Shown here one piece after another: positions 7,864-15,103 of a stretch of DNA of 32,000 nt; positions within the stretch are counted from its first letter, which is position 1; each line of letters opens with the position of its first letter. Under the pieces are notes generated by a model, which ran no database searches, had not been told where the DNA came from, and saw nothing but the letters and a program-made list of their open reading frames with translations. The stretch is taken from NCBI GenBank assembly GCA_934613415.1, contig CAKTSY010000001.1, forward strand, positions 60,001 to 92,000, in the 5' to 3' direction. A program made the translations under genes and the position numbers. Source of the DNA: an uncultured Opitutales bacterium. Its GTDB lineage: Bacteria; Verrucomicrobiota; Verrucomicrobiia; Opitutales; Intestinicryptomonadaceae.

Positions 7864-9003
7864 TTACTTTTCGCTTAAAACGCGCTTTATGTAGGCGACT
7901 TCCTCTTTGCTATAGGGCTGGTCGTTGCTGTCGAATATGTCGTGAAACCAAATGTCTTCAACACCCTTTAGGCCGCTATTTAAAAACCACGGCCAAGCCA
8001 AGTGTGTTTGAATTTTGCCCTGCTTTAACCCGAACGAAAACGACCCTATTTTGTTTGCCTTTAAAAACTGCAATACGGGATCGAATGTGCTGCCGCCTTG
8101 GCGCGCAAGCCATTCGGTGCACATAATGGGCTTTTTATATTGCTTTAACCTGCTTATAAACTTTGTGTGTTTTACAACGCTTTCGTAGCAGTGATATGTA
8201 ATTATATCGCTGTTTGTAAGCGAAGATTCCGCAAAAATAGTGTCGGTAAACTTGTCGCATTCCCACACGCAGGCGGTTAATGGCTGGGTTGGGTTTGCAG
8301 CTCTTGCCCACTCAAAAGACTTTTCCATCAACTTTTTTGTGTTGAAAATGTAGTTTACATACTCGTCTTTGGTCATATTTTTCTGGCCTGGAACGTGCGA
8401 GCTTGGAATGTTGCCCGGTTCGTTAAATATGTCCCAAATAATTCTGGGGTTGTTGGCAAATCTTTTAACTGTGCCTTGAACATAGTCTTTTAAGTAGCCC
8501 CATTTGCTTTCGTCGCCCAAAACCGAAAGTGTTGGGCACTTAACCCACTGCGAATTGTGCTTGCCTGCAACGGGTTCGGGCTGTTTGCCCAATTTGCCCT
8601 CGGGGCGGCCGCCGTTGCTGTAGAATGTAAACATTACATAAACGTCGTATTTGTCGCACAAATCTAAAACCTGCTGCATTTTGGCATAAAATGCCTCGGG
8701 GTTGTGCTTGTGCACTTGGTCGTTTAAGAACAGCCTTATGCAGTTCATATTTATAGATTTTAAAAGCTTAAATTCGTGCTCTATGGTTTTTATATCAAAA
8801 GTTTCGTCGCTCCAAAGCTCTATTCCGTTTACGGCATAGCTAGGCACATAGTTTACCCCAGCCAAATACGGCAATTTGCTGTACCAGTCGTTTGCCTGTT
8901 TGGGTGTCCATACGTCTCTTGCAAAAGAAACGTTAAACATAGTTGCAGCAATGCAAAACAAAGCCGTTTTGCTTAGGTAAGATAATATTTTCCTTATAGT
9001 CAT
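7864..9003 (-). CDS. Secreted clan GH-A glycoside hydrolase, GH5-like (cellulase/xylanase/mannanase-type)
   Basis: Signal peptide (MTIRKILSYLSKTALFCIAATMFNVSFA). Acid/base motif IWDIFNEPGN, nucleophile-strand motif PIMCTEWLAR, and IRLFL/YVMFTFY barrel strands. The subfamily cannot be determined by eye. Confidence 0.75.
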   Translation of the reverse strand: MTIRKILSYLSKTALFCIAATMFNVSFARDVWTPKQANDWYSKLPYLAGVNYVPSYAVNGIELWSDETFDIKTIEHEFKLLKSINMNCIRLFLNDQVHKHNPEAFYAKMQQVLDLCDKYDVYVMFTFYSNGGRPEGKLGKQPEPVAGKHNSQWVKCPTLSVLGDESKWGYLKDYVQGTVKRFANNPRIIWDIFNEPGNIPSSHVPGQKNMTKDEYVNYIFNTKKLMEKSFEWARAANPTQPLTACVWECDKFTDTIFAESSLTNSDIITYHCYESVVKHTKFISRLKQYKKPIMCTEWLARQGGSTFDPVLQFLKANKIGSFSFGLKQGKIQTHLAWPWFLNSGLKGVEDIWFHDIFDSNDQPYSKEEVAYIKRVLSEK

Positions 9004-9029
9004 AATATATGCATCGAATTAACCCATTT

Positions 9030-9058
9030 ATTTTATTGGCAAAACAATGTTTTGTACA
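9030..9058 (-). promoter_or_regulatory. Candidate promoter of the GH5-like gene
   Basis: On the minus strand: TGTACA (9058-9053), 17 nt of spacer, TAAAAT (9035-9030). This predicts a leader of about 20 nt. Confidence 0.3.
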
Positions 9059-9196
9059 CTATTATTTTTTGGATATTATTTAGATAAATGGACATCTTTT
9101 TGCTAAAATAAGCAAGTTTGTGTTTGTTAGTGTTTAATTTGAAAAATTTTGTAAGTGTTGACAATAAAAATTTAAATGCCTTTAGATAATATAAAA

Positions 9197-9219
9197 TTGC
9201 AACATGCTGATTTGCAACA
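9197..9219 (+). promoter_or_regulatory. 8-bp direct repeat TTGCAACA x2 (possible regulator binding sites)
   Basis: TTGCAACA occurs at 9197-9204 and 9212-9219 (15 bp start-to-start; extended ttGCAACAyG), in the AT-rich divergent intergenic region. Confidence 0.3.
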
Positions 9220-9225
9220 CGATTC

Positions 9226-9238
9226 AAAAAAAAAAAAA
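9226..9238. repeat. A13 homopolymer tract
   Basis: Thirteen consecutive A residues, 11 nt upstream of the TTGACA -35 element of the PEP-CTERM surface-protein gene. Confidence 0.9.
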
Positions 9239-9249
9239 TACCTTACGGC

Positions 9250-9277
9250 TTGACAAAACAAAAGAAATAGCCATAGT
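9250..9277 (+). promoter_or_regulatory. Candidate promoter of the PEP-CTERM beta-helix protein gene
   Basis: TTGACA (9250-9255), 16 nt of spacer, CATAGT (9272-9277). The ATG at 9289 is only about 5 nt from the predicted TSS, giving a near-leaderless mRNA. Confidence 0.4.
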
Positions 9278-9288
9278 TTAGCGGTACT

Positions 9289-11223
9289 ATGAAATCTATA
9301 TCCCATTACACAGTTAAAGTTGTTGCCCCCATTATTTTTGCGGCGGCTTCTTTTGCGTATGCCGAAAATGTATACGAATATATGCCTGCAACACCCGCAA
9401 GCATTGCTAATATGAACAACAACCTTTATTGGAAGGTTAACGGTGCCGATGCTACCGAAACAAAGCCCGAAGACGGAGCTTCTTTGCTATTTACCGACGA
9501 CACCCTTGCAGCCAACGGCGGCAAAGATGTTCAAATGTATTTTCTCAGAAAAGACTTAACTCTTACCGACTATACCCTTTCGGCGGCTTCGAACACTTTT
9601 TGGCTAAACTACTTTAGCGGCGACTCTGCAATTGCCGCCAACACATTGTCGATAGAAGGCACTTTAAACAAGTCGGGCAACTCTACGCTATATTTGGGGC
9701 GTTGGATGTCGTCTTCCGTTTCGACCAACAACAATTTGTTGAATATAAATATCAACAACCTTAATATTTCGGAAGGCACCACAAATATTTTGGGTTCGCA
9801 AAATATACTAATTAAAAATTCGGGCACTTCCAAAGTTACTGGAGGCACCTTGAAAGTAGACGCTAACTATATAGATTCCGGAACCAAGGAAGGCGGCAAT
9901 TTGGAATTGTGGGGCAATCTGGATATTTCGGGCACAAGCAGCGTAAACTTAAAGGCAAAAACCACAACAATTTCTAGCGTAAATGTTCAGGAGGGTGCCC
10001 TTCTTACGTTCGACAAAACGACCGACGCCGAAAAGAATATAATTAACGCCGAAAACCTTTCGATTAGCACAACACAGACAGGCAAAGGCATTATCAAAAC
10101 CACGAGTAATGCCGAATTGAATGTAGACACCCTTAGGTTAGACGCGCAAAACGCAGTTTTGGAAGCCTACGGCAAAACCGACATTAAAAATGTAATCGTT
10201 TCCGATAAATATGAAAGAGGCAGCGGCCACCTATATTTCTATCAAGAAGACGGCAAAGTAGGCAATATATCTGTTGTAAACGGCTCGATTTGGATAAACG
10301 TTAAAAACGAAGCGACAAAACTTACAGTAGACACCCTAGACTTGGGCAATTCCCCAAAAAAGAATGCCTTTTATTTGGGAGGGAATATGCAAAACGCCTA
10401 TATAGGCGAAATTAAGGGCACTACGGGCTACTTTATTGTAAGCCGCGAAACAACCGATACAACTACTACAGTTGGCGGCATTAGCGGCTCCTTCGACAAC
10501 GTTGCCCCATGGATAACTACAACCGTGGAAAACCCCGTTACCGTTACATTAAAAATCGATTCCGACGGCAGGGACTTTAAATATACCGGTATTGTTAAGG
10601 ACGAATTCGTCAATAACGCCGACCGCGCGAGCTTGGCCATTGTAAAGAACGGCACTTCAAGGCAAATTCTTGCGGGCAAAAACAACTTTACCGGAGGCCT
10701 TACAGTGAACAAGGGAACATTGCATGCAAATTCGGCAACAGATGGCGTTATTGGCAGCGTTACCGTTAATAAAGGCGGTTATTTCGGCTCGGCGGGCACA
10801 TTTGTCAAGGTGGATTCTCTGATAATGAACGGAGGCAAACTTTTGTTCGACCGCGAATTTGGCGACAGCATTGCCCTAACTTTTAATGATAGCTCAAGCA
10901 TATCCCAAATTTTGGCAAGCGACTTTGCGTTTGCAAATATTAGCGACGATATGCTTGACAAGCCTTTCTCGCTTATAGAGTTTGACGACTACGAAAGCGG
11001 CATTGGCACACTTTTGCAATCTATTATAGACAGCGAAGACAACGGCAAATATACCTATGTAGACGCAAAAACAGGCAAAACCTACAACGCCCTGTTTGGA
11101 AGCGAAATAGATAGCGGCGTATTTTCGGTTACGTTAAGCGTGCCAGAACCCTCTACTTGGGCGGCAATTTTCGGGGCGCTGGCTTTGGCGTTGGCAATCT
11201 ACAGAAAAAGACAAAGCAAATAG
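9289..11223 (+). CDS. PEP-CTERM-anchored surface protein with autotransporter-associated beta-strand repeats (predicted beta-helix)
   Basis: Signal peptide (VVAPIIFAAASFAYA). The body is rich in N/T/G/S, with repeats such as GTSRQILAGKNNFTGGLTVNKGTLHA. The C-terminus VPEPSTWAAIFGALALALAIYRKRQSK is a canonical PEP-CTERM sorting signal. Confidence 0.85.
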   Translation: MKSISHYTVKVVAPIIFAAASFAYAENVYEYMPATPASIANMNNNLYWKVNGADATETKPEDGASLLFTDDTLAANGGKDVQMYFLRKDLTLTDYTLSAASNTFWLNYFSGDSAIAANTLSIEGTLNKSGNSTLYLGRWMSSSVSTNNNLLNININNLNISEGTTNILGSQNILIKNSGTSKVTGGTLKVDANYIDSGTKEGGNLELWGNLDISGTSSVNLKAKTTTISSVNVQEGALLTFDKTTDAEKNIINAENLSISTTQTGKGIIKTTSNAELNVDTLRLDAQNAVLEAYGKTDIKNVIVSDKYERGSGHLYFYQEDGKVGNISVVNGSIWINVKNEATKLTVDTLDLGNSPKKNAFYLGGNMQNAYIGEIKGTTGYFIVSRETTDTTTTVGGISGSFDNVAPWITTTVENPVTVTLKIDSDGRDFKYTGIVKDEFVNNADRASLAIVKNGTSRQILAGKNNFTGGLTVNKGTLHANSATDGVIGSVTVNKGGYFGSAGTFVKVDSLIMNGGKLLFDREFGDSIALTFNDSSSISQILASDFAFANISDDMLDKPFSLIEFDDYESGIGTLLQSIIDSEDNGKYTYVDAKTGKTYNALFGSEIDSGVFSVTLSVPEPSTWAAIFGALALALAIYRKRQSK

Positions 11224-11244
11224 TTTAGCCTAAATAAACTTTTG

Positions 11245-11279
11245 GGGCTTGAACGCAAAATGCGTTCAAGCCCTTTTTT
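11245..11279 (+). terminator. Intrinsic terminator
   Basis: Stem GGGCTTGAACGCA pairs with TGCGTTCAAGCCC (13 bp, 3-nt loop), followed by a T6 run. Confidence 0.9.
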
Positions 11280-11301
11280 GCGCGTTTTTAAGTGCCGGCA
11301 T

Positions 11302-11330
11302 TTGAATACTAAAAGTTAACTTGCTACAAA
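11302..11330 (+). promoter_or_regulatory. Candidate promoter of tpx
   Basis: TTGAAT (11302-11307), 17 nt of spacer, TACAAA (11325-11330). The listed TTG start at 11321 falls inside the spacer, which supports the ATG at 11351. Confidence 0.4.
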
Positions 11331-11350
11331 ATTTGCCGAAATTGTTTTAT

Positions 11351-11872
11351 ATGAAAGTTAAATTTAAAGGTATACCCGTAAACTTGTCGGGCGATTTTAT
11401 TTGCAAAGATGCCATTGCCCCAAATTTTAGAATGGCTAAAGACGATTTAAGCGATTTTACACTGGCTCTGGCAAAGGGCAAAACCCTTGTTTTAAACATA
11501 TTTCCAAGCTTGGATACCGATGTATGCGCAATGTCGGTTCGCAAGTTCAATGAAATTGCAGGCTCTTTAAAAAACACATTGGTTTTGTGCATTTCAAAAG
11601 ACCTGCCATTTGCGCAAAAACGCTTTTGCACAACCGAAAATATTAAAAACGTAATTGCCCTGTCCGACTGCAGGCTAAATTCCGCATTCGGGCTAGACTA
11701 CGGCGTTGAAATTTCGTCTGGTATGTTCGAGGGGCTTTTAACGCGCGCGCAAATTATAATTTCGCCCGAAGGCATTGTAAAATATGCGCAGCTTACCCCC
11801 GAAATAGAAAAAGAGCCCGACTACGACGCGGTTTTAAACGTGTTGTACAACAAGCCTAAAAGTGTTTTGTAG
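11351..11872 (+). CDS. tpx: Thiol peroxidase (atypical 2-Cys peroxiredoxin)
   Basis: It is collinear with E. coli Tpx: MKVKFKGIPV..., peroxidatic Cys in NIFPSLDTDVCAMSVRKFN, resolving Cys in DLPFAQKRFC, and C-terminal EPDYDAVL. The start was moved to ATG 11351 (173 aa). Confidence 0.93.
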   Translation: MKVKFKGIPVNLSGDFICKDAIAPNFRMAKDDLSDFTLALAKGKTLVLNIFPSLDTDVCAMSVRKFNEIAGSLKNTLVLCISKDLPFAQKRFCTTENIKNVIALSDCRLNSAFGLDYGVEISSGMFEGLLTRAQIIISPEGIVKYAQLTPEIEKEPDYDAVLNVLYNKPKSVL

Positions 11873-11908
11873 CGCAATCGCCAAACTGTTTAGCAGCGCA
11901 ATGCTTTG

Positions 11909-14900
11909 CTAAATTTCGCAGACTTTGGCGTTTGTGTAGTCTACTATTTTTGTAGCAACGTTTGCCTGCGGTATGCCAAACAACAAAGAAACCGCGTTTG
12001 CATATATTTTAAGCTGCGTTTTTTGCTGAACACTGTTGCTAAAGCTTGCTTTAAAATCTAAAATTTCGGCAAAGGCATACTTATTGGCTAAGTCTTTTTT
12101 AAGCACAAGCCTGTCTATGCGCCCGCCTGCAATGCCGCCGCTTAAATTCATATCAAACGCAAATTCTGTAAAATATTCGGTGTTGGGCTGCGGCGTAAAA
12201 TATTCGGCAATTTGCGGGTTTAAAAGCGCATTTTTAACTATGTTAAATGCCTGCTGGGCAATATCGCTTTTGTCGGCAACCTTTGCAAAGGCTATGCTTA
12301 ATTTTTCGCAATCATCGATATCTTGGCAGGGCAAATTTTCAAAAATTTTGTGCACTAAAATTCCCAGCTGCATTTTTTCGGCATCGCTTTCTGGCAAATC
12401 GCTTGCCGCCTTAGATGCCTGAATTGCCTGAGTGTTGTCTGGCAAAGCTGCGCTTAGGCGAATAAGCGCGTTGTTGTATTCAACAGCTTTTGCCGCTTGC
12501 TTTTTGTTTTCAATTAAAAGCTCTTTTAGCCACTCCAGCCGGTTGCAGTTTTCGTCTACATAATACATTCGCTTTACGTCGCCAACAACTTCTATGGTAG
12601 CTTTGTTATCGTTAAACGCCGCAATTAAAAGCTGCTGAATGTTGGCGGCATTGTCGTCTTTAACGTCTGGCACAATGGCGTATAGCGCGCGTTTTGCCCT
12701 GGTTAGCGCAACGTATAAAAGGCATAAATTGTCGTAATATTTGTCGCTTTTAGCGCGCAAATAGGTGTCGGTTAAATCGCAATTTAGCGTGCAAATAAAA
12801 GACGGCGGCATATACGAAACCGTTAGCGGTTTGTATTCGTTTTCGCCAATTTTCCTGCATATATTGCCAAGCTTTTTAGAAGGCGGCTCGCCCTTGCCTA
12901 TTCTGTGCAAATCGGGCAAAATAACCATATCAAAACCCAAGCCCTTCGATTTATGTATTGTCATAACCTGAACGACTTTCGACTGCGCCGAAATCTTGTA
13001 GGTTTTGTTTTCTATAAATCTTATAAAAGCGTCTATGCCCGACTGCGCCGAATTGTCGAACTGCGCGCACGCTTCCTTTAAAAGCTGAATGTCGTATTTA
13101 GCGGAAATATCTAGCGCATTGCCCTTATATTCTACAACCTTTTTTTCGAAAAACTCGGCAATTTCGGCAAAGCTTTTTGCGCTGGCTTTCCGCAAAATAA
13201 ACTCGCAAATCTCCGAGAATTGCGAAAGCTCGCCATCGAAAATTTCGGCAAAAGGCGACATTTTTAAAAATTCTTTTGCCGCGGTGTCGCTTGGGTGGAA
13301 TGCCAATTTTACCAACTGCACAAACAGTGGAACCAAGGTGTTGTCTTTTGCCAAAGACTTTTCAAGCTCGCCCGAAGCTTGTATTTCGTTTTCGCGCAAA
13401 AACTCTATTATCTTTTCGGCAAGGTCATTTTTATTCACCAAAATCGCACACGAAATTTTGTTTTCTACGTGTTTTGTTTCCCTTAAAATATCGAGAATTT
13501 CGGCAAATATAAGGCGGTTTTCGTCTTCGGTTTTGTTCGAACAATATTTTACCACGCTAAGCTGCGAAATGCTTTTAAAGTCTTTTGCGGGCAAGTGTTT
13601 GCTAAACATTTCGCCGAAATCTTTCGCCGAATTTTTGTCGAAAACCTCGCTCAAAAAGGCGTTGTTATTTCCGTTCTTGTCGGCAAAAACGCCGTTTACG
13701 AAATTTAGCAAACATTTGCCCGACCTATACGAAGTATGCAAATTTTCGCCATCTTTAATTGCGCCGTTTGCGTTGCCGAAAACTTCGTTAAACAAACGCC
13801 TGTCGCCGTTTCTAAAAGAGTATATCGACTGCTTTACGTCGCCCACATAATAGAAAGTTTTTTCGCCCTGCGAATTTACAACATCGCCCAAAATTTCGCC
13901 CAAAAAATTCCACTGCTCGCGCGAAGTGTCCTGAAACTCGTCTACCAAGTAGTGCTTTATTTTAGAATCTAGCCTGTATTCCAGCGTTGGGATAAAAGTC
14001 GGGTCGTTTTCGCCAAGACCGTTTAGCATATAGGTTATGTCATCGAAAGTAAGCCTGCCCTTTTTTATGTTTCGCGCGAAATATTTTTGCTCGAATAATT
14101 CGGCTATTTTGCGCGCGGCTTCGGCGGCGTTGCACGCCCTTTGCAAATGCAAAAACAGTGCGCTTTCAAACAAATAATTCAGCTTAAAATATGCCGAATT
14201 TAATTGCACTTTGCCGTACATAGAATTCGGCGAAAGCGCGTTTTTTGCAAACTCTTCGGCAAGCGGCTTTAAGCCTGCTGGAGCATTAACCGACGCCGTT
14301 GTGGGCAAAGCCGCAAAAAACTTTTCAAGCGCCCCCACGCTTTTTTTCGCAACGCCGTTTTCGCTTAAATATGCGCAAAAATCGGCGGCGCATTTTTCGT
14401 ATTCGCTTCGGTTAAACTCGGTTTTTTTGGTTAAAATAGCGTCTATATTGCCCCATTTTTCGCCGTTTTTTCTGTATATGGCAACCGACTGGCGCAAATT
14501 TTCGTATAGCGCGCTTTTAAGCGATTTTTGCTCTTCGCCAAACGAAGCCGTTTTTACAAGCTGGCAAAAATCGTTAAAAGTTTTTTCGTCTACGGAATTG
14601 TCAGCCAAAATTTCGTCTACAATAAGCTCTTTAGAAGCCTGATACTCGGAGGTATCTACAATGCCTACTTTAGAATACAAGCCGCTTTCGTTTGCATAGC
14701 CGTTTAAAACCGACGAAAAAAACGAGTCGATTGTACTTAGCTTTAGCTTGTTTAAATTTAGCGCGCACGTCCTTAACAGCGAAAAAATGCGAGCTTTAAA
14801 ATCGGCATCGTTTGCGGCTAATTTGCCGTCCGAAATTTCCGAAATTTTTTGCTTTAATTGGGTAAAATTTTCCTCTTTTAAAAGCGCGCCCGAAAGCATT

Positions 14901-15103
14901 TCCAAAATATTCTTAAGGAATTCGCCCGCGGCTTTTCTTGTAAAAGTAATCGCCAGAATGCCGAATGGGTCGGGCAAAGTTTCGCTTAGGGCAAGCGCAA
15001 TGTAGCGCATTGTAAGCGCATACGTTTTACCCGCCCCCGCCGACGCCGAAACCCTTTCGTTTTGAAATATGTTAGATGTGCTTTTCCGCATAGTTTTCAA
15101 CAT
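11909..15103 (-). CDS. addA: UvrD/PcrA-type helicase with C-terminal RecB-family nuclease (AddA-like)
   Basis: Walker A SAGAGKTY, motif II YLVDEFQDTS, motif III VGDVKQSIYSFR, motif V TIHKSKGLGFDMV, motif VI YVALTRAKRALY. The C-terminal nuclease motifs are GILVHKIFE, GRIDRLVL, ILDFKAS and QLKIYANAV. The start is ambiguous (ATG 15103 or 15091) and either choice overlaps the addB stop (15072-15074). Confidence 0.9.
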   Translation of the reverse strand: MLKTMRKSTSNIFQNERVSASAGAGKTYALTMRYIALALSETLPDPFGILAITFTRKAAGEFLKNILEMLSGALLKEENFTQLKQKISEISDGKLAANDADFKARIFSLLRTCALNLNKLKLSTIDSFFSSVLNGYANESGLYSKVGIVDTSEYQASKELIVDEILADNSVDEKTFNDFCQLVKTASFGEEQKSLKSALYENLRQSVAIYRKNGEKWGNIDAILTKKTEFNRSEYEKCAADFCAYLSENGVAKKSVGALEKFFAALPTTASVNAPAGLKPLAEEFAKNALSPNSMYGKVQLNSAYFKLNYLFESALFLHLQRACNAAEAARKIAELFEQKYFARNIKKGRLTFDDITYMLNGLGENDPTFIPTLEYRLDSKIKHYLVDEFQDTSREQWNFLGEILGDVVNSQGEKTFYYVGDVKQSIYSFRNGDRRLFNEVFGNANGAIKDGENLHTSYRSGKCLLNFVNGVFADKNGNNNAFLSEVFDKNSAKDFGEMFSKHLPAKDFKSISQLSVVKYCSNKTEDENRLIFAEILDILRETKHVENKISCAILVNKNDLAEKIIEFLRENEIQASGELEKSLAKDNTLVPLFVQLVKLAFHPSDTAAKEFLKMSPFAEIFDGELSQFSEICEFILRKASAKSFAEIAEFFEKKVVEYKGNALDISAKYDIQLLKEACAQFDNSAQSGIDAFIRFIENKTYKISAQSKVVQVMTIHKSKGLGFDMVILPDLHRIGKGEPPSKKLGNICRKIGENEYKPLTVSYMPPSFICTLNCDLTDTYLRAKSDKYYDNLCLLYVALTRAKRALYAIVPDVKDDNAANIQQLLIAAFNDNKATIEVVGDVKRMYYVDENCNRLEWLKELLIENKKQAAKAVEYNNALIRLSAALPDNTQAIQASKAASDLPESDAEKMQLGILVHKIFENLPCQDIDDCEKLSIAFAKVADKSDIAQQAFNIVKNALLNPQIAEYFTPQPNTEYFTEFAFDMNLSGGIAGGRIDRLVLKKDLANKYAFAEILDFKASFSNSVQQKTQLKIYANAVSLLFGIPQANVATKIVDYTNAKVCEI

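Noticed and set aside
9033-9227. 64-aa minus-strand ORF in the AT-rich intergenic region
   Set aside because: It is Lys/Asn/Phe-rich, as expected from AT-rich non-coding DNA, and it overlaps the predicted promoters.
11321-11350. N-terminal extensions suggested by the ORF track: tpx TTG 11321, addA 15184, HzsA-related GTG 21072
   Set aside because: For tpx the extension lies inside the predicted promoter and the homologue alignment begins at MKVKFKG. For addA the extra 27-31 residues precede the conserved N-terminus and overlap addB deeply. For the 1064-aa ORF, ATG 21057 gives a canonical signal peptide.
13089-13850. 253-aa plus-strand ORF and many other 60-140-aa plus-strand ORFs across addA/addB (12036-17841)
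   Set aside because: They are shadow ORFs antisense to the helicase-nuclease genes. They are Ser/Phe/Leu/Lys-rich and low-complexity, a consequence of the codon bias of the real genes.
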